Shown here: in pieces, positions 12,366 to 23,746 of the stretch
How the letters are laid out: every line of letters begins with the position of its first letter
How positions within the stretch are numbered: position 1 is the stretch's first letter
Source: Felis catus
Taxonomy: Eukaryota
Length of the DNA: 64,000 nt
Direction: 5' to 3'
NCBI RefSeq assembly: GCF_018350175.1
Contig: NC_058368.1
Span: 16,804,001 to 16,868,000 of the forward strand
Made by a program: the position numbers and the translations under genes
Notes under the pieces: generated by a model
What the model was told of the DNA's origin: nothing
The model's input: only the letters and a program-made list of their open reading frames with translations
Database searches by the model: none

Positions 12366-13544
12366 ATCATTGAAAGAAATAAAAGATGAACTAAATATGT
12401 ACTATGTTCATGGTAAAAGACCCAGTATTATCAAGGTGTCAATTTTTTCCAAAGTAATCTGTGGCTTTATGAAATTTGGAGAAAAGCAGCAGAGATATTT
12501 TTTGGAGAAATTAATAATCTTAAAACTATGTGATAATAAAAATGACCTAAAATTGCTTTAAAAATATAGAAAAATAAGAACAAGGACAGAAGGGTTTACA
12601 CTACTGTACTTTGAGACTAATTATGAAACTATACCAAACAACTTGGTGTGGGATTGACCTATAGAGTAATTTATAGATAAATAGAACAGAGTCTAGAAAT
12701 TCTCGTATAGGTCAATTATAGATGATCAATCAATTTTGGTTTGAATGAAAAAAAAATGAATCACAAAAGAAATAAATGATAAATTAGATTCCATTGAATT
12801 TAGAAAGTATAAAAAAGCCACAAACTGCTAAACTACCTTTAGAAAACTTACATGGGTTATAGTGCTTGTATTCAACACCTACACAAAGAACACTTAACAT
12901 TTATTAATAATAAGATAAACAACTTGATTTTTGAAATGTAAACAAACATTTCTCCAAAGATGATGTGGAAAATAACCATGTAAAATATGGTCAGCACCAT
13001 TAGTCATTAGGGAAATGCAAATTAAAATCACAGTGATATATGTCTCTACAAGACATATCACTATAATACTAGAAAGGCCAAAATTTAAAATTCTGAAAAT
13101 ATCAAGTGTTGGGTAGAATGTAGAGTAACTGAACTTCCCACACATTGCTGAGTATAAATGCAAAATGGTATAGCCACGTTGGAAACAGTCTGGCAGTTTC
13201 CTTTAACACTGAAAATTCACTTTTCTTAAAATTCAGCATTCCCACTCCTAGGTATTATTCAAGATAAATTAAAACATTTCTACACAAAAACTTGTATGTG
13301 AATTTTCAAAACAGTCCTATTCATAGAGCCCCACCCTGGAAGCAATTCAAATGGCCAACTGGTAGAGAGATACAAATCATTACATGCCTATTCAATGGAA
13401 TTTTACTCAGCAAAAATAAGGAACAAAATTTTGATATAGGCAACAGCTTGATGAATCTCACAAGTATTAAGAAATTTGAAGGAAAGCTGATATAACACAC
13501 TACATACTATATATATGATTACATTCATAAGAAATGACAACAAA

Positions 13545-13764
13545 GACACCTGGGTGGCTCAGTTGGTTGAGCATCTGACTTCGGCTCAGGTCATGATCTC
13601 ACAGTTCATGAGTCCAAGCCCTATGTTGGGCTCTGTGCTGAGAGCTCAGAGCCTGGAACCTGCTTTGGATTCTGTGTCTCCCTCTTTCTCTGCCCTCCCC
13701 TGCTCGCTCTCTCTCTCTCTCTCTCTCTGTCAAAAATAAATAAACATTAAAAAATTAAAAAAAA
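13545..13764 (+). mobile_element. CAN-SINE
   Basis: cacctgggtggctcagttgg head, CT tract, A tail. Confidence 0.95.
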
Positions 13765-13912
13765 AAGAAATTATAATAAAGACCAAACTTGTCTACAGTG
13801 GTAGGATATCTATTGTTGCCTGTGGTCAAAGATGAGTGGAGCAGACTGACCATAGATTAACATAAGGAAATTTTGAGGTGATGAAAATGTCCTGTGCCTT
13901 GCTTGTGGATAT

Positions 13913-14632
13913 TGATAAGGGAGGCAAAAGCAAGCTGAGAGCGAAGCACAAGCTAACAACTCCCCTGCCCCCACCTGCAACCCTCTCCAGATATGTGTGA
14001 CATTCCTCAGGCCACTCGTGGAGCCCAAGAACAAAGCAAAGGAAGAAATAAATAGTTCACTGATAGAGATCACTGTCATGCAGGACATAAGTCTCCAACA
14101 ATTTACAAGTGTCTTAGTAAATTACAAGAAAAAGGCAGTCTTATCAATAGCCTAACCTCCAGAAACCTATAGACTCAATTTCCAGGTGCCCTAACATCAC
14201 CCTCCCTTCCATGGTGATGTGGAGAACAAAGGCAAGATGAAAATATAAATAAAACTAAATTATTTTATAACCTAGCCCATTGACAAACAACTTGAAATAG
14301 GCAGAATAAAACATTCCTCCAATAAACTCCCAACAGTCTTGTCTAAATGTTAATGCCTTGCTAGAGGGAAAACAGCCTTAGCCTGACAATAGCTAGGCCT
14401 CCAGTATGATTCCTCTTTAGCATATAAAAGCCCTTTTGGAAACCTCCCTTTTGCCTTCACCTCCCCCATTCCACAGTCTGTAGTCAGTCACTCCTTAAAC
14501 CCTTGTGCGGCTCTTTCTGCCCAAACGTACTATCCCTGTGCTTCAATAAAATCACCTTTTTGCACCAAAGATGTCTTAAGAATTCTTTCTTGGCTCTCAG
14601 CTCCAGACCCCCACCTCTCCAAAACCACATCA
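13913..14632 (+). mobile_element. Solo LTR, ERV1-type (probably a carnivore CarLTR family)
   Basis: 720 bp with TGAT...ATCA inverted termini, TATAAAA at ~14423, AATAAA at ~14545 and a near 4-bp TSD atat/gtat; the flanking L1 is continuous across it. Confidence 0.85.
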
Positions 14633-14714
14633 GTATGGCTACACCAGTCTAATACATTTGTCAAAATTTACGATATTGTCAAAAATCACGATATTAAAAT
14701 TAGTGGATTTTATT

Positions 14715-14802
14715 GTTTCAGATTCTGTGTCTCCCTCTCTCTCTGACCCTCCCCTGTTCATGCTCTGTCTCTCTCTGTCTCAAAAATAAATAAACGTTAA
14801 AA
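14715..14802 (+). mobile_element. 5'-truncated CAN-SINE
   Basis: Only the 3' half (gattctgtgtctccctct...aataaacgtt) is present, flanked by a long direct repeat. Confidence 0.93.
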
Positions 14803-15749
14803 AAAAATTACGATATTAAAATTAGTGGATTTTATTATATGAAATCTCTGGTGATAAATACAATTAAAACTATATAGACAAAGAGAACAAAAATAGAAGT
14901 TTTGGAATCTAGCCCTGCTTCTTAACTAGCTGAATATTAAAATTATTCTCTTTCATCCTCATACATTTCATCTATAAAATGGTAACAAAATTGCTTCCTC
15001 AATCTGACCCATCAGTTAAAAAAAGCAATCTAGCTTCCATTTTCAGAAAACATACCTTCCATGAATGTGTTTCATAAACTAGAAAATATCCCTTCACACA
15101 TATTTTGATTATTGTGTAATATGTGTTTAGTGAGTCGTTGAGTAAGATACCTGGGGCTATGTTTGTGCTTGTGGGAAATGATGAATGTGTGGCAACCATT
15201 CATTTTCCACTTTTTCTCACATTTATAAAACTGATCTGTGGATTACAGCCACAGGTGTTATTTTCAAATAACTTCCTCTCTGAAAAAGCTACCATCATCC
15301 CTTTCCAATTAATTTGAATGAAACCTTTGTTTTAAAAAGCTGTCCCTTTCCTGATTTCCATGCCTTGGGCAGAGTTACTGATGCTTTGCCCCTAAGTCGC
15401 TGGCACATAATTCACTGCTTCCTTGTAGTTAATCAGCTAATGTTGAGCACCTACGGACAGGCACCCAAGGTTTGAGAGATACAAAGGAGAATAAACAATC
15501 GTGTGTATTTGTCTTTTCACTAAGTTACCTTTACTGCACTCCCTTTGCTTTCCTATTCCACTGCTAAACCTTCATTCAGGCTTCTGTTATTTTTCTCCGT
15601 TTCCTCTCCTGGGAACTCCATCTCAATTTCCCTGAAGGTTACGTCACACATCTAACTAAAGCTCCTTTGTGATCATTCCATTCTTCCATTCAAAACCTCT
15701 CAGAGAATCTCCCACTGCTTATTGATGCATAATGAGCCAGTGGAAAGGA

Positions 15750-15960
15750 AATTTATCTTTGGATAAGATGAATCTGAGTTTAAATTCTGATTCCTGCTGA
15801 ATGACTCTATGGACAAGTAGCATATTCTTTCCAAGCTTCAGCTTCCTTATTTGTATAAAACCAATGGTAACACATCTTGTAGCAGATACTGTACATCTGA
15901 AGAGCTCGATACAATGTCTGGCCCGTATAGTAGGTATCTGGTAAGTGACAGTTATCATTT
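15750..15960 (+). mobile_element. MIR fragment
   Basis: Degenerate core (ctgagtttaaattctgattc...gcttcagcttccttatttgta) and tail (tggcccgtatagtaggtatc). Confidence 0.6.
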
Positions 15961-16167
15961 GAACAAGCACTTTGCAAGTCTTGCAAAGTTTATCATTAAA
16001 ATTTGTTTGGCCAGGTTTGTGCCTCTAACTAGTCTCTATGTTCAGCCTCCTGAGTTATGAAGAGATACAATATGAAGTATTCTAGAACTATTTATGATCC
16101 CAAGGATGTACATACAATGCAACGCAACGCACACGTCAAAAAATTAGTTATCTTTTTATCTGGAGGG

Positions 16168-16367
16168 TTTTTTTTTTAAGTGTACTTATTTATTTATTTA
16201 TTTATTTATTTGAGACAGACCGAGACAGTGTGAGTTGGAGAGGGGTAGAGAAAGAGGGAGAGAGAATCCCGAGGAGCCCCAGACACAGGGCTCGAACTCA
16301 GGAAACCATGAGATCATGAGCTGAGCCAAAGCCAGACGCTTAACCGACTGAGCCACCCAGGCCCCCG
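16168..16367 (-). mobile_element. CAN-SINE (internally deleted)
   Basis: (ATTT)n tail and gcttaaccgactgagccacccagg head. Confidence 0.92.
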
Positions 16368-19349
16368 CAGGCATCCCTTATTTCTAATGGGAAGGGACAC
16401 CAGTCAGCAACCTTGTGAAGGGGAAATCCCTACTTGTCACTGTCTCTTCGCCTTCACTACAACTTTGTCAAATCTCAATTACTGACTCAGCTCTCCCAAC
16501 TTTTATGTTTCCTTTCTTCCTAACAAGTCCCTTCTGACCCTTAGTGTAATGTGAATTTGCTTTGTTATTTAAGCCCCTTCAATTCTATAAAAAATAAGAG
16601 AATAACAACAAAAAAAAACCTGCTGATAAATAAAAGTAAATATAGAAACAAGTAGCTTGCGAGCCAGTCAGAATTCATGGGACATGTTAACTACAGGTAA
16701 GTAAATCAGTAAATATGACAGATTAAGCATAGATAACATAAGTAAACCATATATGTGTGAAACATATACATGTAAAGATAAAATGGCACTCAATATTCAT
16801 AATATAGTAAATATACTCAAGGCATATAATATTGCAGATACACGAAAACTTCATGAGGCTCATGGACGCATTTATCCGTTTTGAAATCGGCCAACCATCC
16901 CTACCTGGCCCTACCCATGGTCTCCCAAGACACATAAATAAAATCCACAGCTTCTCATCAAGCTAAATGACAAACGGCAGATTGTCTCTATCTCTCTGAT
17001 AAAACACATCTCAGGACTCAGTTAAGTTCTTCCTACCCTGCTTGTACTCCATCCAAAGTGTGTTACCCTACCAGTAATCTTTCCCTTTGGCTCACATTGT
17101 GTGTTTTCTTTGTTATTTGAAAATCTCAGTTTGGTCAATGAGTCTTCCTGTTCCTTGAACTCTAGGATAGATTTCCCGGTGATATAAATAGAGGACACCT
17201 ATGCATTAAAGGAAATCTTCACACGAGAGCTGACGCGCTCATTAATACCGTAAGCCACACTGGACTCCTTGAAAACAGCAGTTGGAGATTTACAATGGTT
17301 CCTGTGGGTTTCTGTCAGATCCAGTGGGCGACGTGAATGTAAAGACGAGCTTCCCAGAGGCTTCAATCTGTCTGTACCCAGGGTCCGTAACAACTTTGCT
17401 CTGGTTGGCAGAGCTCACACAGCGTGTTTTCGTTTGTTTGTTTGCTTGTTTGTGTTGGTGTTGTCACCCTAGATGTGTCTGAGCGGGCCCAGACAAACAA
17501 GGGCCCAATGCACCAGCCATCACTTTAACTTCCCTTTACCACTTGGTTGTATCTGTCCTTACTCCTGATGCGTTTTCCTCCCAACATAGAGCTCCCTAAA
17601 TCTTAACATATCATGGGTTTGTGAATACTTTTCTATACTTCATTGTCTGCCTCGGTCTTGTCTAGTGAAGCTGGGCTTCAGTAGGCCCTGGTGAAGTGAT
17701 ACCAGCAAAGGGGAGAGATGGTACAATACCACAGAGTAACCGCGGAATCAAGCTGAACCTACATCTCACACAGACAGGCTTTTACCTGATCAATACTTCT
17801 GCTTGCTCAGCGTGTCTGGTGGGCCCTGTGGCAATGTGACCATTTCCCAGGGCTTTAGTGCCCGTAAATGACTTGACATAGTTGGTGACAAAATTTTAAA
17901 GCCATCTCCTAGATTCATTGTTTTCTTTTCTAGATTCACTGTTTGTGATGTTTCTTCTTTTCCTCCTTCTGTTCCCGCCTCTCACTGTATTTTCTCTTTC
18001 CTTTCTTTTCTTCTAGCCCTTTCTCATTTTCTTCCTTCTTACATCCCTGCCCATTTTTTCTTTGCCTTTTCAAAATACTGATTTATTTCCTTTCAAATGT
18101 CAGTGTTTCCAGTCCTCTTTATATATTCTCTGGTATAAAACCCTAAGATGACCAAGAGCTAGGCAGTCAGAAAAGCTGAAAACGTGTAGCATTTTAAAAG
18201 AGCATTTATACAAATTCCAAAGAAAGGTTTAAAAGAAAAAGCCACTCGGAAAAGGCTTACCTTTGTGTTTTCTTGTCCGCTTACACTCTGAGACAAGGAG
18301 TTACTTTTACTGAATTTGTACTTTTGCCGGTAGCACTGGCTAGCCAAGAACAAGTAGAAACTTTAAGACTGAGTATTGTTTTCTGTTTTAAACACACCAC
18401 GGATCGACTTCTATATTTAGCAACTTTGTTATTTTAAATAACCTCTCTTTCCTGGGGGCATCAAAGGGGGTGTCAAACACAATACTTGTGCATATTAAAA
18501 ATTGTTGGTTCTAATGACGATAATTTCCTCCTGAAAGCAGCGTCATTAAGAGGTGCGTTTTCACGGAGTGGTTTTCCAAGAAGTGTCTTTTAAAGTGATG
18601 ATAACAGCTGCTAGTTGTGTTTTAAGTCTATGCTTTGGCCGTCTTGTTAATCAGGGTCTACAGTAGGAAAAATTAGAAAAGAGGCAAGTTTCTTCACGAT
18701 TTCTTTGGTTCCCCTTCCGTTCTCTTCCCGTGATTCTTCGGTATCATAACCACCACCCTGAATACTTCCCTCTCAGCTCAGCTTTTAGGAAAGGGTCAGA
18801 CATGTATCATTTAAACCTATACGCTGCCTTTTGTCTCATTTACAGGTGAAGCATCCTCAATACTTAATCTGATATTTCAGTAGATGTTACTTGATCAACT
18901 ACCAATCAGGAGACACTGCCTTTTGGGATTTCACAATCCTATCAAGTCATAAGGAAGAGTTCTGCCTTCAAGACACTTCAAATGCACAACACAAATGCAG
19001 AAAAAGACGACGGCCCCACCAGTCATAAAATAATGGGTGATAAGTTCCTGGTAAGTGGCAAAAAATATGGGTTTTTTTAATGTTTATTTTCCAAGAAATA
19101 TATTTTCTCTGTTAAGGGAATTTCAGACCTCGGATAGTAGCTAACTTGAAAGCAGGGTTTTGTTTCTGCTGCAAGCTCCATTGCCTGTGTGCTTGGCTGT
19201 GCCAGGAGTGAGAAGAGTATTGTTCAGGAACACGGCATAATGGAAGATAAAGAGCTTTGGGCACAACACCTCAGAATTTTATCTTAGTTCGCTAGTTATT
19301 AGTTGTATGACTTGGGAAAATTCATCTCTATGAACATTAAAATTTTAAT

Positions 19350-19564
19350 TTATTATCTAAAAAAATTTTTTAACATTTATTTTTTGAGAGAGACAGAGCA
19401 TGAACAGGGGAGGGGCAGAGAGAGAGGGAGATACAGACTCGGAAGGAGGCTCCAGGCTCTGAGCTGTCAGCACAGAGCCCGATGTGAGGCTCTAACTCAT
19501 GAACCGTGAGATCGTGACCGGAGCTGCAGTCAATCTCTAACCTACTGAGCCACCCAGGCGCCCC
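19350..19564 (-). mobile_element. CAN-SINE within a probable MIR
   Basis: TSD ttaaaattttaat at 19337-19349 and 19565-19577. Confidence 0.95.
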
Positions 19565-19815
19565 TTAAAATTTTAATGTATAAAATGAGGAAGACCATTC
19601 CATCTCACAGGCATTTGTAGAGCATAGTAAGTTCAATAATTAATATAAAATAATATGTGTTTAATAAGAAGAAGCTCTTTTCAACAAATGACAACAATTA
19701 TCATTAATTACTGCTTCTCTAAATGTAAAACGTCACTTTGAGCATAGGGGAAAACTTGATACAAGACATATGTAAATACATTCAGTGTATTTCTATATTA
19801 GAAATAAATTGTGAA

Positions 19816-20030
19816 TTTTTTTTTGAGACAGAGAGAGAAAGTGAGAGAGAGAGAGAGAGGGCATGAGTGGGGAGGGACAGAGAGAGAGAGAGGGAGAGAG
19901 AAATTATCCCAAGCTGGCTCCACACTCAGCATGGAGCCCAGCTCAAGGCTTGATCCCATGACCCTAGGATCATTACCTGAGCTGAAATCAAGAGTCAGAT
20001 GCTCAAGTGACTGAGCCACCCAGGCACCTC
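19816..20030 (-). mobile_element. CAN-SINE (older subfamily)
   Basis: gaaatcaagagtcagatgctcaag...ccacccaggcacc. Confidence 0.93.
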
Positions 20031-20160
20031 ATAAAAGACAATTTTAAGATTATGTGCCGTTCATGCCCTAAATAAAAACAAATAGAAACAAATAAAAACA
20101 AAAAAGAGTTTTACTTTAACAAATATACTTGAGTTATTTATTTATTTATTTATTTATTTA

Positions 20161-20550
20161 TGTAATGGTCCATGAAAGTGTTGACATATCTTTCTAGGTC
20201 CAAGATACAGCTGCTCCTGCCCAAGGTGGCACATCAGCAAACTGAAACTCTGATAACTTTCATGCCACTGTGAATACTTTGCTTGACTAGAAATGTAGAG
20301 CTGTAAATCCAGTTAGCCAATCACTAAACACAAGGTCAACTCTGGGCTCCATAATTACTTTCTGGTTCCTTCTCACCCCAAACAAGGTTGACTGTGTGGC
20401 CCCAACCAATCAGATATTTTTTATTTATCTCTTCCTTTATTGTTCATTACTCTTTATCCTACAAAAGCTTCCTGCCTTCCTCTCCTTCTGCAGTTCTCAG
20501 AATGAAGACTGCCGTTTCATGAAGTATTAACTAACGTTTGCTTACATCAA
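20161..20550 (+). mobile_element. Old ERV1-type LTR remnant (MER34/39-like)
   Basis: Starts TGTAA; two CCAATCA boxes, a decayed TATA (cctacaaaagc) and a gactgccgtttcatgaa motif; family assignment is uncertain. Confidence 0.55.
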
Positions 20551-20562
20551 GATAAAATGAAA

Positions 20563-20606
20563 TAATACAATACAATACAATACAATACAATACAATACAA
20601 TACAAT
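20563..20606. repeat. (AATAC)n microsatellite
   Basis: About 9 tandem pentamers. Confidence 0.95.
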
Positions 20607-20619
20607 AGAAAAATTAGAG

Positions 20620-22710
20620 AGAAACACCCATCTAATCAAGTTTCTATCAATACCGCTATCTGTCCGCCCTCTGAATTCTATTCACTCACATCCTGTCAGG
20701 GATCTTGCCTTAATGATTACATTGTTTCTTCTGCATCTTCTTTCTTAAAAATTTTTTTTCAACGTTTTTTATTTATTTTGGGGACAGAGAGAGACAGAGC
20801 ATGAACGGGGGAGGGGCAGAGAGAGAGGGAGACACAGAATCGGAAACAGGCTCCAGGCTCCGAGCCATCAGCCCAGAGCCTGACGCGGGGCTCGAACTCA
20901 CGGGCCGCGAGATCGTGACCTGGCTGAAGTCGGACGCTTAACCAACTGCGCCACCCAGGCGCCCCGGCATCTTCTTTCTTTTCTTTCCTTGACCCTTTTG
21001 ACAACACATTAAAGATGTCTGCCTATTTAAGTCTCCTCCATCTTATAAAATAAAATAGTTTATAAAAATAACTCATGCCACTCTGCCCTCTAGCCTTTGT
21101 TCCCCCCACTTCTCCCTCCCTCTCTCTCTCTTTCCTCACTAACAAAAGTTAATCCACACTCTGCTTATTTTCCTCGCAACCTATTCCTCCTCTACCATGG
21201 ATCACAACAATACCTTTTTCTGGGCTTCTCGATAAATTTCTTGCCGATGCATCTAATGACTGTTTTTTCATTCCCATTGGCCTTGACATCTCAAAGGTAT
21301 TTGTCCTTCTGACCATCCATTCTCAATGTCTTGTACTCCTTTGTGCATCTTTGGACATAGTCTTCTGTTCTCTTTTTTGAAGCCTTTCTTGCTGCTGCTT
21401 TTTTGTGTCATTTTTTACCTTTTTTCTAAAATTGTTCCCCAAGTATCAGGGTATCTCTGGGTTCTGTCCTACGCCTTATTGACTTCTCACTCAGCAACTC
21501 TCTATGAGTACAAGTACTATTCCCATGGCCTCCAAAACTTTCTAGCTAATGATGGTGCCCAAATATCGATATATTTTCCAGATTTCTCAAATAAGCCTCA
21601 GACCTACATGTCCAGCTGATTTCTGGGCATCTCACCAAAAGGCCCACAGCAACTCAGACAGAACTCATCATCTCCCTCTTCTAATATATCTGTTCTCATA
21701 ATGTGCTTTCTCTTTCTTTTAGTTAATGAGTATACCAGACTACCCTGTTTCCCAATCCAAAAGAGAGTCTCATCTTTAATTTCTCCCTTTTATTCACCCT
21801 GTATTCAAATTATCAATAAGTAAAGTTGATCCAAACTTCAAAATATTTCTTGATTCTCTCCAGTTCTCTCCAGCTCCTAAATCTTTATAAAGAGCAGAGT
21901 CATGTCCTGCTTTGTCATAAGTGGATATGAGAGTATTACCATTATTTCCCTGTGAATCTGCATTTCACTCCCTATTAAATAATACAGTACTTGATTTCAA
22001 CCAAATACCCAGAACTGCTTCTTGATTACGCACACCTATTCTATTATTATTCACTTTCACATTTAAAGTTCCTCTTGAGATCAAGTGTTGATCTCTAAGC
22101 CCACTACTGCCACTCCAGTCCATTTCTTATCAGGACACCTGCAACAGCTCCTAATGGGACTCTCTGCTTCCATTGTTGCCTCTCAACCCGTCCAAAGGTT
22201 AATCTTCTAAAAAATGCAATGTCATTAACCTTTTTCCCAGTCACATTCTCCATCGCTTAGTCTATCTTAGCCACACTAGCTACTTTCTGTTTCTTACAAA
22301 AACCAAGCTTGTTTTTGTCTCAGGCTATTTCCTATGCTTTGAATCTCTCTCCTAAGATCATCTCTTCATTCTTTCATTTAATTCAGAATTAAATATCACT
22401 TTCTCATAGAAGTCTTTCTAAGTATCTTATCACAATGTTCCACCCCATTCCATTGTAACCAATGCACTCAACTCTTGCCCCCTTATCATGCTGTGTTTCT
22501 TTCATAGCACTTAACAGCACCCAGAACTTGGTCATTCATTTTATACGTGTTTATTGCCTATCTTTGGAAGGTAACAATGCACTCTTTAGAAGGTGAGCTC
22601 CCTGAAGGAGAGATGGTGCCCATCTTAATACTGCATCAGTGATAGAGTGCAAAGCCAAAGTCTAACGACATGGTAGTGGGTCCATACACTTTTAAAGGAG
22701 TGAATGTTAA
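20620..22710 (+). mobile_element. L2 (LINE-2) fragments
   Basis: Long C/T-rich degenerate tract with L2-like phrases (ctgcaacagctcctaatggga, tttcttttcatagcactta-like, gagctccctgaaggag). Confidence 0.65.
20747..20965 (-). mobile_element. CAN-SINE, young feline subfamily
   Basis: CpG-rich with the gacctggctgaagtcgg variant; TSD gcatcttctttctt at 20733-20746 and 20967-20980. Confidence 0.97.
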
Positions 22711-23202
22711 TTGATTGAGATGTTGAATAAAGATTTTAAACTCTCTTTGTTTTGGATTTGTCTCTTGTAAAATAAGAACATTGGACCAAAGGATCTCTGA
22801 AGTTTCCTTCCAGCTCTAAATCGCCATCTTCCAAGGCACTGTGGCAATTTCCTCTCCAAACAGGTTCCTTTGTCACGGTCAAAGGCAGACAGAGGTCATG
22901 CAGATAAAATGCGTAGAGCTCTTGAAGCAAGGAGTCTTAGGTAATGTTATCTCTCAATCTACTTCATGAACATAGAAGCAGTTTCTTTTATTGAAATAGT
23001 AAATGCAAGTCCTCAGGGACTCCTTCTCTCTGCATTTCCTCACCGGATACATCACTGCAGCCCTTCCCAACTCTGAGGAACAGGACTTGAAAATGACTGG
23101 CCTACAGGGACATTGATGTGTTGTTGGACATCTTGCAATAAATTTGGTTCACAATCTCTCGAAAGCGGAATAGAGTAACTGATCAGAAGAACCATTCTTG
23201 GT

Positions 23203-23372
23203 GGGACGCCTGGGTGGCACAGTTGGTTAAGTGTCCGACTCTTGATCTCGGCTTAGGTCATGATCTCACAGCTTGAGAGTTCAAGCCCCAGTGGAGCCTG
23301 CTTGGGTTTCTCTCCTTCTCTCTGACTCTCCCCAGCTTGTGAGTCCATGCTTTCTCTTTCTCTCTCTCAAAA
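23203..23372 (+). mobile_element. CAN-SINE (older) with an expanded purine tail
   Basis: gggacgcctgggtggcacag head; TSD aaccattct flanks the SINE plus its tail. Confidence 0.93.
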
Positions 23373-23473
23373 TGAAGAAAGAGAAAGAAAGAAGAAAGAA
23401 AGAAAGGAAGGAAGGAAGGAAGAGAGGAAGGAAGGAAGGAAGGAAGGAAGGAAGGAAGGAAGGAAGGAAGAAA
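23373..23473. repeat. (GAAA)n/(GGAA)n polypurine microsatellite
   Basis: About 100 nt of essentially pure A/G. Confidence 0.97.
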
Positions 23474-23517
23474 CCATTCTCGGGTACACATGGAATTAGT
23501 AGTTAAAAAACAATACA

Positions 23518-23746
23518 GGGGCGCCTGGGTGGCGCAGTCGGTTAAGCGTCCGACTTCAGCCAGGTCACGATCTCGCGGTCCGTGAGTTCGAGCCCCGCGT
23601 CGGGCTCTGGGCTGATGGCTCGGAGCCTGGGGCCTGTTTCCGATTCTGTGTCTCCCTCTCTCTCTGCCCCTCCCCCGTTCATGCTCTGTCTCTCTCTGTC
23701 CCAAAAATAAATAAACGTTGAAAAAAAATTAAAAAAAAAACAAAAA
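23518..23746 (+). mobile_element. CAN-SINE, young feline subfamily
   Basis: CpGs largely intact; TSD aaaaaacaataca at 23505-23517 and 23747-23759. Confidence 0.98.

Larger units (their letters stand above)
11690..14870 (+). mobile_element. Older L1M ORF2/3' fragments (host of the MLT2, SINEs and ERV1-type LTR)
   Basis: L1 ORF2-like phrases such as cattagtcattagggaaatgcaaattaaaatcacagtga and cagcattcccactcctaggtat, plus a 3'UTR at 13770-13910 that resumes at 14633. Confidence 0.75.
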
